Of a DNA stretch of 64,000 bases, positions 25,218-36,037 are shown piece after piece. The notes beneath the pieces were generated by a model. It made no database searches and was not told where the DNA came from. It was given only the letters and a program-made list of their open reading frames with translations. The first letter of the stretch is position 1. Each line of letters opens with the position of its first letter. Where the stretch lies: NCBI GenBank assembly GCA_035689485.1, contig DASSLL010000067.1:4472-68471 (forward strand), read 5' to 3'. The translations under genes were made by a program, and so were the position numbers. The DNA is from Candidatus Dormiibacterota bacterium. GTDB lineage: Bacteria > Chloroflexota > Dormibacteria > Dormibacterales > Dormibacteraceae.

Positions 25218-26605
25218 CAGGCGACCTTGACGGCGTTGACCAGCTTGGTCAGCGAGTCCTTGGCGTCGCCGAAGAACATCAGCGTCTTGGGCCCGAACAT
25301 GAGGTCGTTGTCGATCCCGGCGAATCCCGGCCGCATCGACCGCTTCATGAAGATGATGTTCTTCGCCTGGTCGGCGTTGAGGATCGGCATGCCGTAGATC
25401 GGGCTCCCGGGCGTATTTCGGGCCGCGGGGTTGACGACGTCGTTGGCGCCGACGATTAGAGCCACGTCGGCGTTCTTGAAATCGTCGTTGACCTGGTCCA
25501 TCTCCTTGAGCTGCTCGTACGGCACGTTCGCCTCGGCGAGCAGCACGTTCATGTGTCCCGGCATTCGTCCCGCCACCGGGTGGATCGCGTACTCGACGTC
25601 GACACCACGCTTCTCGAGGACGTCCGCCAGCTCACGGGCGGCGTGCTGCGCCTGCGCGACGGCGAGCCCGTAGCCGGGGACGATGATCACCCGCTGCGAG
25701 TACGCGAGCAGGGTGCCCAGATCCTCGGCCGACGCCGACCGCACGCTGCGGCCACCCTGCGCCCCCGCCGCCGCAGCGGCGCCGGTCTGCACCTTGCCAA
25801 AGGCGCCGAACAGGATGTTGCCCAGCGAGCGGCCCATGGCGTCGCTCATCAGCTTGGTCAGCAGTGAACCGGAAGCCCCGACCAGAGTGCCGGCCACGAT
25901 CAGCGCGAAGTTGTTGAGCGTGAACCCGCTTGCCGCCACAGCCAGGCCGGTGCAGGCGTTGAGCAGCGAGATGACGACCGGCATGTCCGCGCCGCCGATG
26001 GGAAGCACGAACGCGACGCCCAGCACCAGCGCGAGCACCATCAGCGCGACGAACGAGAACGGCACCGACGCTATCGCCAGCACCGCGATCGCAAATCCGA
26101 TGACGCCCAGCGCGAGGAGCAGGTTCACGACCTGCTGACCGGGATATGTGATCGGCGTCCCGGTCATGAGCTCCTGCAGCTTCGCGAACGCGACCAGGCT
26201 GCCGGCAAAGGAGATCGAGCCGATGGCGATGCTGAGGACGCTCGGCAGAAGCTCCGCAAAAGCCGGGTGCACGCCGAACTTGAGGAGCTCCGCGACCGCG
26301 ACCAGGGCCGCCGCGCCCCCGCCCACCCCGTTGAACAGGGCGACCATCTGCGGGATGGCGGTCATCTTCACCACGCGCGCACCGACGGTCCCGACGGCGG
26401 CGCCGATCACGACGCCGACGGCGATGATCACGATGCCCACGCTCGTGAAGTGCAGGAGCGGGATGGTCGCGCCGAGCGCGATCACCATCCCCACAGCCGC
26501 CGTGAAGTTGCCGTTGCGCGCGCGCTTGGGGGAGCTGAGCTGGCTCAGGCCGAGGATGAAGAGAACCGCGGCGACGAGGTATGCGAGCGCGATGAGCACC
26601 GTCAT
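25217..26605 (-). CDS. pntB: NAD(P) transhydrogenase subunit beta
   Basis: MTVLIALAYLVAAVLFILGL..., C-terminal dIII GYGLAVAQAQH...GANDVVNP. ATGA overlap with the pntAB stop. Confidence 0.92.
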   Translation of the reverse strand: MTVLIALAYLVAAVLFILGLSQLSSPKRARNGNFTAAVGMVIALGATIPLLHFTSVGIVIIAVGVVIGAAVGTVGARVVKMTAIPQMVALFNGVGGGAAALVAVAELLKFGVHPAFAELLPSVLSIAIGSISFAGSLVAFAKLQELMTGTPITYPGQQVVNLLLALGVIGFAIAVLAIASVPFSFVALMVLALVLGVAFVLPIGGADMPVVISLLNACTGLAVAASGFTLNNFALIVAGTLVGASGSLLTKLMSDAMGRSLGNILFGAFGKVQTGAAAAAGAQGGRSVRSASAEDLGTLLAYSQRVIIVPGYGLAVAQAQHAARELADVLEKRGVDVEYAIHPVAGRMPGHMNVLLAEANVPYEQLKEMDQVNDDFKNADVALIVGANDVVNPAARNTPGSPIYGMPILNADQAKNIIFMKRSMRPGFAGIDNDLMFGPKTLMFFGDAKDSLTKLVNAVKVA

Positions 26606-26945
26606 CTCTGCGGCTTCTGCGCTGCGCCCTGCGCGCGCCCGGCGGGTGCGCCCTGCCCGCCGCCCCCTGCCCGTCCCCTGAACATCTCGAGCATCCGGTC
26701 CGTGACCACGAATCCGCCGACGACGTTGGTCGTGGCCAGGACCACCGCGACCAGACCGAGCACGATGGTCAGCGGCGAGTCCGCTCCGGCGGCGATGAGG
26801 ATCGCCCCGACCAGGATGATCCCGTGGATCGCGTTGGTGCCCGACATGAGAGGCGTGTGCAGGATGGTGGGCACCTTGGAGATGACCTCGTAGCCGATGA
26901 AGATCGCGAGCACGAAGTACGTGAACTCGGTCAGCAGCTGCGTCG

Positions 26946-26949
<4 letters not shown>
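26602..26949 (-). CDS. pntAB: NAD(P) transhydrogenase subunit alpha part 2
   Basis: 115 aa, membrane protein: PLMSGTNAIHGIILVGA. ATGA overlaps at both ends. Confidence 0.9.
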
Positions 26950-28076
<1,127 letters not shown>

Positions 28077-28146
28077 GACGAGGGGAATGTAAGCAATAGA
28101 GGCCGGTCCTTGCACGCGCGTAGAATTTCTGACTCGCCCCTCCGAA

Positions 28147-29934
28147 GTGACCGAACCCATCGTCAACGACCTCACCATCCAGGCAGCGACCGTCAACGGT
28201 TCCGGCAGCCAGACCGCCAACCTGGTCCTGACCCGAGCCATCTTCCACATGGGCATCCCGGTCGCGCCCAAGAACGTCTTTCCCTCCAACATCGAGGGCC
28301 TGCCCACCTGGTACCAGCTGCGGATCACGCCTGAAGGCCACATGGCGCGGTCGGACAAAGTCGACATCCTGGTCGCTTTCAACGTCGCCACGTGGCGCGA
28401 GGACCTCAAGTCGGTGCGGAGCGGCGGCGTCGTCATCCATGAGGAGGCGTTCTCCACGACCGACGTCCGGAGCGACCTCATCTACTACCCGGTGCCGTTC
28501 GCCAAGCTCGCCAAGTCGAAGATCCAGAGCGACACGCTGCGCAAGCAGCTGGCCAACATGATCTACGTCGGCGTGGTCGCCGGGCTGCTCGGCGTGCCGT
28601 GGGAGGCGGTGGAGCACGGGGTCAAGCGCCAGTTCCTGGCCAAGCCCAAGGCGGTGCCCGTCAACCTCGAGGCGATCAAGGTCGGCTACGACTACTGGCA
28701 GGACAACTTTTCCAAGCGCGATCCGTACCGTCTGGAGGCGATGACCGGCGCGGTCGACGGCAAGGTGCTGGTCGAGGGCAATCAGGCGGCGGCGCTCGGC
28801 GCGCTGATGGGCGGGGTGACGGTGGTCGCCTGGTATCCCATCACGCCTTCGTCTTCACTCTGCGAATACCTCATCGCCTATGCCGACCGCTTCCGCGTCG
28901 ACGCCAGGACCGGTGAGAAGCGGATCTCCGTGGTGCAGGCCGAGGACGAGCTGGCGGCGGTCGGCATGGCGATCGGCGCGGGCTGGGCCGGTGCCCGGGC
29001 GATGACGTCCACCTCGGGCCCCGGCATCTCACTCATGGCGGAGTTTTCGGGCCTTGCCTATTACGCCGAGGTTCCGGTAGTGGTCTTCGACATCCAGCGC
29101 ATCGGGCCCTCGACCGGGCTGCCGACGCGCACGTCGCAGGCCGACCTCGGCTTCGTGTACACGCTGTCGCACGGCGACACGAAGCACCTGGTCCTCCTCC
29201 CCGGCTCGGTCGAGGAGTGCTACGAGTTCGCGCGCGACGCCTTCGACTACGCGGACCGTTTCCAGACGCCTGTCTTCGTCCTTTCCGACCTCGACCTCGG
29301 CATGAACCTTTGGATGACGCCGGAGTTCAAGTACCCGGAGAGGCAGTTCGACCGCGGCAAGGTGCTGGACAAGGCCGACCTCGAGAAGCTGGCCGGCGAC
29401 TGGGCCCGCTACCGTGACGTCGACGGCGACGGCGTGCCGTACCGCACGCTGCCGGGGACCGATCACCCCGCGGCCGGCTATTTCACCCGCGGCTCGGGCC
29501 ACGACGAGAGCGCGCGCTACACGGAAAGCGCGGACGCATACGCGCGCAACATGGACCGGCTGGCGCGCAAGCTCGAGACCGCTCGCCATGCGCTGCCTGC
29601 GCCGGTGGTCGACGAAGCGGGCCGCAAGGTGGGCCTGATCGCCTTCGGCTCGAGCGACGCGGCGGTGAAAGAGGCGCGCGAATCCGTGGAGGTCGACTAC
29701 CTTCGCGTGCGCGCGCTGCCTCTGAGCGACGAGGTCGCGAGGTTCGTCTCGCGCCACGAGCGCGTCTACGTGGTGGAACAGAACCGCGACGGCCAGATGT
29801 ACGACCTGGTCCGGCTCGCGCTGCCCGCGGCGCTTGTCGACAGGGTGCGCTCGATCCGCCATTACAACGGACAGCCGATTCCCGCGGCCGCCATCGTGGA
29901 GCCGCTGAAGCAGCAGGAGATGGTCCCCGCATGA
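28147..29934 (+). CDS. korA: 2-oxoacid:ferredoxin/acceptor oxidoreductase subunit alpha
   Basis: 595 aa. NGSGSQTANLVL gamma-like N-terminus fused to an alpha domain. Confidence 0.9.
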   Translation: MTEPIVNDLTIQAATVNGSGSQTANLVLTRAIFHMGIPVAPKNVFPSNIEGLPTWYQLRITPEGHMARSDKVDILVAFNVATWREDLKSVRSGGVVIHEEAFSTTDVRSDLIYYPVPFAKLAKSKIQSDTLRKQLANMIYVGVVAGLLGVPWEAVEHGVKRQFLAKPKAVPVNLEAIKVGYDYWQDNFSKRDPYRLEAMTGAVDGKVLVEGNQAAALGALMGGVTVVAWYPITPSSSLCEYLIAYADRFRVDARTGEKRISVVQAEDELAAVGMAIGAGWAGARAMTSTSGPGISLMAEFSGLAYYAEVPVVVFDIQRIGPSTGLPTRTSQADLGFVYTLSHGDTKHLVLLPGSVEECYEFARDAFDYADRFQTPVFVLSDLDLGMNLWMTPEFKYPERQFDRGKVLDKADLEKLAGDWARYRDVDGDGVPYRTLPGTDHPAAGYFTRGSGHDESARYTESADAYARNMDRLARKLETARHALPAPVVDEAGRKVGLIAFGSSDAAVKEARESVEVDYLRVRALPLSDEVARFVSRHERVYVVEQNRDGQMYDLVRLALPAALVDRVRSIRHYNGQPIPAAAIVEPLKQQEMVPA

Positions 29935-30953
29935 GCACCACTGTCAACCGCGCCGGTCTATCCCGCGACGCTTACAAGGGAGCCGCGACCACGCTATGCG
30001 CCGGCTGCGGCCACAACTCGATCACCAACCACATGATCAAGGCGCTGTACGAGCTGGGCGTCGAGCCGCACCTGCTCGCCAAGATGTCGGGCATCGGCTG
30101 CTCGTCGAAGACGCCGGCCTACTTCGTCGAGACCGCGCACGGCTTCAACGGCGTCCATGGGCGGATGCCCGCGTTGACCACCGGCGCGCACCTGGCGAAC
30201 CGGCAGCTGATCATGCTGGGCGTCTCCGGAGACGGAGACACCGCGTCGATCGGCCTCGGCCAGTTCATGCACATGATCCGGCGCAACGTCGACTGCACCT
30301 ACATCATCGAAGACAACGGCACCTACGGCCTCACCAAGGGCCAGTTCTCGGCCACCGCGGACCTCGGCTCGGTGCAGAAGAAGGGCGCGGTCAACACGTT
30401 TCAGCCGATCGACCCGTGCGCGGTCGCGCTCGCGCTCGGATGCTCGTTCGTCGCCCGCTCTTTCAGCGGTGACGGCAAGCAGGTCGTGCCCCTGATCAAG
30501 GCCGCGATCGCCCACCGTGGGACGGCGATCCTGGACATCATCTCGCCGTGCGTGACCTTCAACGACCACGACGGCTCGACCAAGAGCTACAGCTGGGTCA
30601 AAGACCACGAGGAGTCGATCGCCGACGTCTCCTTCATCCCGTTCTTCGAGGAGGTGCAGGTCGACTACGAGCCGGGCACCGTGCGCGACGTGCGGCTGCA
30701 CGACGGCTCGCACATCGTGCTCAAGAAGCTGGGCGACGACCACGACCCGACCGACCGGCGCGCGGCGATCCGCGTCATCGAGGAAGGGCGGGCGGAAGGC
30801 CACCTCGTGACCGGGCTGCTGTACGTCGACACGAAGATGGACGACTTCATCACCACGGAGCACATCCCCGAGCGGCCGCTGAAGGACCTCGGCGAGGAGG
30901 AGCTGCGCCTCTCGCGCGACCAGTTCGCGCAGTTCATCGGCGAGTTCGCCTGA
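29931..30953 (+). CDS. korB: 2-oxoacid:ferredoxin/acceptor oxidoreductase subunit beta (TPP-binding)
   Basis: CAGCGH, GVSGDGDTASIG. ATGA overlap with korA. Confidence 0.9.
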   Translation: MSTTVNRAGLSRDAYKGAATTLCAGCGHNSITNHMIKALYELGVEPHLLAKMSGIGCSSKTPAYFVETAHGFNGVHGRMPALTTGAHLANRQLIMLGVSGDGDTASIGLGQFMHMIRRNVDCTYIIEDNGTYGLTKGQFSATADLGSVQKKGAVNTFQPIDPCAVALALGCSFVARSFSGDGKQVVPLIKAAIAHRGTAILDIISPCVTFNDHDGSTKSYSWVKDHEESIADVSFIPFFEEVQVDYEPGTVRDVRLHDGSHIVLKKLGDDHDPTDRRAAIRVIEEGRAEGHLVTGLLYVDTKMDDFITTEHIPERPLKDLGEEELRLSRDQFAQFIGEFA

Positions 30954-31591
30954 AAGCTCCGCTCCACGCGACCCCTTACCAGCTGCGCAAGGGGACCCGT
31001 CTGGTTGCAGAAAAGGATCCCGCGCTCGGCCGGCTGATCCAGCGCAGCGGGGCGATGTCGCTCGACATATCGGAGTCGGACGGGTTCGGCGCCCTGGTTC
31101 GCTCGATCATGTACCAGCAGCTCGCCGGCGCGGCGGCGACCGCCATCCTGGGCCGTTTCATGAAGCTGTTCGAGGAGGGCCTCGACCCGTCGGCCGTGCT
31201 CGGCCTCCCAGTGGGCGCCATGCGGGCCGCCGGCGTCAGCGGGCCCAAGGAGGCGGCGATCACGGACCTCGCACGCAAGGTCGCCGACGGCACAGTGCCC
31301 CTTCACGACGTCGACTCGCTCTCCGACGACGAGCTGAAGGCGCGCCTCGTGCAGGTCCGTGGCATCGGGCCGTGGACGGCGGAGATGTTCCTCATCTTCC
31401 AGCTCCGACGCCTGGATGTCTGGCCGGTGGACGATTACGGTGTGCGCAAGGGCTGGACGATGATTCACCGCAAGCGCGAGCTCATAAAGCCGAAAGCCCT
31501 GATGACCGAGGGTGAGAAGTTTCGGCCCTACCGCACGATCGCGGCGTGGTACTGCTGGCGGGCGGTAGAGAATCTTGTGCTGCCGACGTGA
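30950..31591 (+). CDS. alkA: DNA-3-methyladenine glycosylase II family (HhH-GPD, short form)
   Basis: DPALGRLIQRSG, FGALVRSIMYQQLAGAAA, VRGIGPWTAEMFLIF, WPVDDYGV. The only start before the conserved N-terminal helix is CTG 30950, inside a CTGA overlap with the korB stop. The next ATG is 31055. Confidence 0.7.
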   Translation: MKAPLHATPYQLRKGTRLVAEKDPALGRLIQRSGAMSLDISESDGFGALVRSIMYQQLAGAAATAILGRFMKLFEEGLDPSAVLGLPVGAMRAAGVSGPKEAAITDLARKVADGTVPLHDVDSLSDDELKARLVQVRGIGPWTAEMFLIFQLRRLDVWPVDDYGVRKGWTMIHRKRELIKPKALMTEGEKFRPYRTIAAWYCWRAVENLVLPT

Positions 31592-33285
31592 TCACGCTCC
31601 CGGAATCGTCTGCAGCATTCCGGTCGGCGACGTGGGACGACCTCGCGCCCTACTACGACGACCTGGCGGCCCGCAGGCTGGACCTGGCGAACGTCGAGTC
31701 GTGGCTCGAAGACTGGTCGCGCTTCGAGGAGCTGCTGACCGAGGCCGGGGCGCTCTCGCATTTCGCGTACTCGTGCAACACCGCCGACCACGAATCCGAG
31801 CGCGCATGGCTGAGGTTCGCCAGCGAGATCCGGCCCCAGGCCGAGAAGGCGCGAACGCGTCTGCGCCGGCGCCTGGTCGAGCTGGGCTACACGCGTCCAG
31901 ACCTCGAGGTCGTGATTCAGAAGTTCCGCAACCAGCTCGAGCTGTTCCGCGAGGAGAACGTGCCGGTCTTCGGTGAGCTGGCGAAGGTCTCGACCGAGTG
32001 GTCCAAGACCGTGGGGGCGATGACCGTCGACTGGGACGGCGAAGAGAAGACCCCTCAGGCGATGGCGCCGTACCTTGAAGTCAACGACCGGGCGGTGCGC
32101 GAGCGTGCGTTCCGCGCGATGTTCCAGCCGTTCATCGAGCAGCGCGGCGTGCTAGCCGGCTTCTTCGACCGCATGTACGACATGCGCCAGCAGATCGCCA
32201 GGAACGCGGGGTTTGACAATTACCGCGACTACGCGCACCGGGAGAAGAACCGGTTCGAGTACACGCCCGAGGACTGCTTCCGGTTCCACGCCGCCGTGGA
32301 AGAGGTGGTCAAGCCGGCGGCGAAGCGCCTGATGGCACGCCGGCGTCGGCACCTGGGCGTGGACCGGCTGCGACCCTGGGACCTGTGGGTCGACCCCAAG
32401 GCCCGGCCGCCGCTGCGACCTTACGCCGACGTGCACGAGTTCATCGGGCGCGCCGGCGAGGTGTTCGGCCACGTCGACGCCGACTTCCGTGGGTACTTCG
32501 AGCGCATGGCCGCGGCGGGCCTCCTCGACCTCGACAACCGCAAGGGCAAGGCGCCGGGCGGTTACTGCGACAGCCTGCCAGCACGCAAGATGCCGCTGAT
32601 CTTCATGAACGCCGTCGACGTAGACGAGGACGTGCGGACCCTGCTCCACGAGGCCGGGCATTCGTTCCACTCGTTCGAGGCGTCGCGGCTGCCACTGCTG
32701 TTTCAGCGCCACCCGGGCGCGGAGATGGCGGAGGTCGCCTCGATGTCGATGGAGCTGCTGGCTTCGCCCTTCGTCGACCGCGCGCACGGCGGGTACTACG
32801 ACGAGTCCGACGCCCAGCGTTCGCGCCGCGAGTTTCTCGAGGGAGCGGTCCTCTTCTTCCCCCACTGCGCGTCCGTCGACGCGCTGCAGCAGTGGATGTA
32901 CACGAACCCCGAGGGCCGCGACGCGGACGCCCGAGACGAGAAATGGCTCGAGCTGCGCCGGCGGTTCGAGGACGATTCGGTGGACTGGAGCGGGCTGGAC
33001 AGGGAGCGCATTGCGCGCTGGTACTTCCAGCCGCATTTCTTCGACTACCCCTTCTACTACATCGAGTACGGCATCGCGCAGCTGGGCGCGCTGCAGGTGT
33101 GGCGGAACAGCCTCGGCGATCGCGCCGAGGCGGTGCGCAAGTACCGCGCCGCGCTGGCGCTCGGTGGGACGCGGTCGCTGGGCGAGCTCTACCGCGCGGC
33201 CGGGGCGCGGCTGATCTTCGACAGCGAGGGGATGCGCGAGCTGATCGACCTGGCCGAGGAAGAGCTGGCCGGCCTCGACGATTAG
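31588..33285 (+). CDS. pepF: M3-family oligoendopeptidase (PepF-like)
   Basis: Zinc motif HEAGHSFH. GTGA overlap with the alkA stop. Confidence 0.85.
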   Translation: MITLPESSAAFRSATWDDLAPYYDDLAARRLDLANVESWLEDWSRFEELLTEAGALSHFAYSCNTADHESERAWLRFASEIRPQAEKARTRLRRRLVELGYTRPDLEVVIQKFRNQLELFREENVPVFGELAKVSTEWSKTVGAMTVDWDGEEKTPQAMAPYLEVNDRAVRERAFRAMFQPFIEQRGVLAGFFDRMYDMRQQIARNAGFDNYRDYAHREKNRFEYTPEDCFRFHAAVEEVVKPAAKRLMARRRRHLGVDRLRPWDLWVDPKARPPLRPYADVHEFIGRAGEVFGHVDADFRGYFERMAAAGLLDLDNRKGKAPGGYCDSLPARKMPLIFMNAVDVDEDVRTLLHEAGHSFHSFEASRLPLLFQRHPGAEMAEVASMSMELLASPFVDRAHGGYYDESDAQRSRREFLEGAVLFFPHCASVDALQQWMYTNPEGRDADARDEKWLELRRRFEDDSVDWSGLDRERIARWYFQPHFFDYPFYYIEYGIAQLGALQVWRNSLGDRAEAVRKYRAALALGGTRSLGELYRAAGARLIFDSEGMRELIDLAEEELAGLDD

Positions 33286-34178
33286 CTGTTTCGGATGTCG
33301 CGCAGCGGCAGCTTCGGGCCGAACCGCGGCGCGGTGATGCCGGCCAGGGTCAAGAGCCGGATCACGCGCGCGCGATGTCCGCGATACGGCTCGAGGAGCT
33401 CCAGCATTCGCGCGTCGGTCGACCGCGGCGTGCCCTCGAGGGCGTAGCCGACGGTGTGAGGGATGTGGTAATCGCCGACGGGCACCGCGTCGGCGTCGCC
33501 GAGGGCGACCGACGCGACCTTCGCGGCGGTCCATGCGCCCACGCCACGAAAGGCCCGCATGCGCGCGTACGCGTCGGGCAGCTGCATGTTCACCGTCTCC
33601 TCGAGACGCCCGGCACTGCGCGCCGCGCGGACGATGATGTCGGCGCGACGGCGCTCGATGTTGAAGCGGTGGAACGCCCAGTACGGGGTCGTGGCGAGCC
33701 TATGCGGGGAGGGCGGCAGCTTCAAAGCGACCGGCCCGGGCGCCGGTTCGCCGAGCGCGTTCACCAGGTGCCGGTAGGACTCGCGCGCCTGCTCGGTCGT
33801 CACGAGCTGCAGGATCACCGACGGCACGAGCGTTTCGAACACCGACAGCGTGCGAGGCATGCGGATGCCGCGAATCTCGCGGTGCAGCCTGGCCAACAGC
33901 GCGTGCGCCGGCCTGAAACCGCTGTCGTCGTCTTCTTCGCCGCACAGCGCCGCCGCATGGTCGACCGCCCACTGCGCGCCGGGACCCCAGGCCGTCGCCT
34001 CGACACCGTCGCCGCGATGCTCCAGGCGAAGCGTCGCCGCACCCTCGGGGGTGCGCGTGGCGCGCCACACCGCGCCGTCCTGGTGACGCATCGAAGGCCC
34101 GTAACCGATCGGCGCGAGCGTCAGCGAGAGGTCCAGCGGCCGGCGCGGCTCAAACCACGTTGCGGCGTCAGCGGCCAA
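33282..34178 (-). CDS. DNA-3-methyladenine glycosylase 2 family protein (long form)
   Basis: HhH-GPD region: FRGVGAWTAAKVASVALGDADAVPVGDYH. Confidence 0.75.
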   Translation of the reverse strand: MAADAATWFEPRRPLDLSLTLAPIGYGPSMRHQDGAVWRATRTPEGAATLRLEHRGDGVEATAWGPGAQWAVDHAAALCGEEDDDSGFRPAHALLARLHREIRGIRMPRTLSVFETLVPSVILQLVTTEQARESYRHLVNALGEPAPGPVALKLPPSPHRLATTPYWAFHRFNIERRRADIIVRAARSAGRLEETVNMQLPDAYARMRAFRGVGAWTAAKVASVALGDADAVPVGDYHIPHTVGYALEGTPRSTDARMLELLEPYRGHRARVIRLLTLAGITAPRFGPKLPLRDIRNS

Positions 34179-34191
34179 GATGCCCGAGACG

Positions 34192-35994
34192 TTACTTGGT
34201 CAGCGGCACCGAAAGTGTGAACGTGCTGCCCTGGCCGGGCGTCGAATCGACGGTCAGGTTGCCGTCGTGCATCAGCGCGATCTCTCGTGAGAGCCACAGG
34301 CCAAGTCCGGTGCCCTGCACATGGGCCGACGTCTCGAGCCGGACGAACCGTGTGAACAGCGTCTTCTGGTCCTCGGCCGAGATGCCGACCCCGTGGTCGC
34401 GCACGGATACGAGCGCTTTGTCGCCGTCGCGCTTGACGTCGACCTCGATGTCGCTTCCGGTGGTCGAGTACTTGGCCGCGTTGCTGAGCAGGTTTCGCAC
34501 CACGATCTGGAAACGGTCCGGATCCACGACGGCGTCGACCGCGTGCGGCGGATAGTCCGCCTTGACGTCATGCCCGCTCAGCAGAATGCGCACGCTGTCG
34601 ATCGCGTCCTCGGTGAGCTCGACCACGTCCGCGGGTCGCCGCTTCAGCGCCAGCCTGCCTTCCTCGAGGCGTGAGGCCTCGATCATCTGCTCGATCATCC
34701 AGTTGACCTCGTCGGACTTCGAGATGAGCAGTGGCAGCACCGAGCGAGCCTTGGCCGGCATGTCGCCCATGGCGCCGGAGTCGAGCATCGTCAGGTAGCC
34801 CTTGATCACGGTCATCGGCCCGCGCAGCTCGTGCGACGCGATGTTGAGGAAGTCCGTCTTCGCGCGCTCGAGCCCGGCGATGCGCTCGTTCAGCGTCACC
34901 CGGTCGAGCCCGGCGATGATGCTCGTGGCGTACTGGCGCAAACGGCCGAGCTCGTCATCGCCGAAGATCGGACTGAGGCGTCCGGTCGTGATCACCATCG
35001 CGCCCGGTCCCTGTCGGAGGTCGAGCGGGACGACGATCGACCCGTCCTCGCGCCATGGTCCGCTGCCGTCCGGTGGCGTCGCCCGGTGCGTTATGCGCTT
35101 ACCGAGAACGCCGGCCTCGTCCTTGCTGACTCCAAGCGCCGCGAGCACCGACCCGTCGCCGTCGATGACAAAGGCCGCATCGCCGCCGACGAGACGCTCC
35201 GCCCAGCCGAGCGCGCGGTCGGCCAGAGTGGCCCGGTCGGGGCTGTACAGCAGCAGGTCGTGCAGGGCGAGGCGAAACTGGTCTTCCTCGGGTTGCCGCC
35301 AGACGCGGCGTAGCCACGGAGGCGGGAAGAAGGCGACGTACAGAATCGGAACGATGGCGAGGGCCAGAAAGTCGAGGACCAACGAGAACGCATCGGAGAC
35401 CGAGCCTGCGACTGTGCCCACGATGATCACCACGAGCAATCCCGCGTAGCCGATGCTGAGTGCGCGCAGACGCGCCTTCTCGACCGCCGGCCGGCGCCGA
35501 GACACGATCCAGAAGCTGACGATCGGATCGAGGATGCAGTAGCTCCACAGCCCGAGGATCGCGACCACCAGGAGCGATTGCAGCGTCGTGTGAGGCCTGT
35601 CCAGGCTGGCGGGCAGCTCGACGACGATCGCGAGCGCCGCCACGACGACGATCGCGGCGGTCACCAAACGCCTCGTCACCGGTTGGAACGGCACGAAGGT
35701 GTCGCGAAACATCAAGAGCCCGTATCCCGACGCCAGGAACAGGGCCACCGCGACGTCCGTCGCCGCCTGGCCGGTGAGGCCTGGTGACCCGAACGCATTC
35801 GACACCAGGATCACGGTCGCCAGGGAGCCGAGGGCGATCGCGAGGTGGCCGTGGCGGCGGTCGGGCTGCTGGACCCAGCTGACTATCGTCCTGATCGCCA
35901 GCAGAGCGAAAGCCACCTCGATGGCCAGCTGAAAGCCGAAAAGCACCTGCGCCACGCCGGCAGAATAGCCTACACGACGATTTTTCAAAGACAA
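34192..35994 (-). CDS. membrane sensor histidine kinase (multi-TM + GAF-like + HisKA + HATPase)
   Basis: H-box ASHELRGPMT, N-box NLLSNAAKY, DHGVGI, GTGLGLW. No response regulator nearby. Confidence 0.85.
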   Translation of the reverse strand: MSLKNRRVGYSAGVAQVLFGFQLAIEVAFALLAIRTIVSWVQQPDRRHGHLAIALGSLATVILVSNAFGSPGLTGQAATDVAVALFLASGYGLLMFRDTFVPFQPVTRRLVTAAIVVVAALAIVVELPASLDRPHTTLQSLLVVAILGLWSYCILDPIVSFWIVSRRRPAVEKARLRALSIGYAGLLVVIIVGTVAGSVSDAFSLVLDFLALAIVPILYVAFFPPPWLRRVWRQPEEDQFRLALHDLLLYSPDRATLADRALGWAERLVGGDAAFVIDGDGSVLAALGVSKDEAGVLGKRITHRATPPDGSGPWREDGSIVVPLDLRQGPGAMVITTGRLSPIFGDDELGRLRQYATSIIAGLDRVTLNERIAGLERAKTDFLNIASHELRGPMTVIKGYLTMLDSGAMGDMPAKARSVLPLLISKSDEVNWMIEQMIEASRLEEGRLALKRRPADVVELTEDAIDSVRILLSGHDVKADYPPHAVDAVVDPDRFQIVVRNLLSNAAKYSTTGSDIEVDVKRDGDKALVSVRDHGVGISAEDQKTLFTRFVRLETSAHVQGTGLGLWLSREIALMHDGNLTVDSTPGQGSTFTLSVPLTK

Positions 35995-36037
35995 CGGGTT
36001 TGTACGTCGGATGGGTTACCCGACGAATCGCCAGCGT

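Noticed and set aside
25092-25397. 101-aa plus-strand ORF starting in the LLM/pntB spacer
   Set aside because: It runs antisense into pntB and has no RBS. The spacer is better explained by terminator hairpins.
28077-28146. A defined sigma70 promoter pair in the pntAA/korA divergent spacer (TAGAAT at 28121, TACATT on the minus strand)
   Set aside because: The -10-like boxes exist, but I could not pair them with acceptable -35 elements or spacing. I left them unannotated.
32385-34220. 611-aa plus-strand ORF overlapping pepF (off-frame) and the AlkA-like gene (antisense)
   Set aside because: Arg-rich shadow ORF. Both overlapped genes have convincing motifs.
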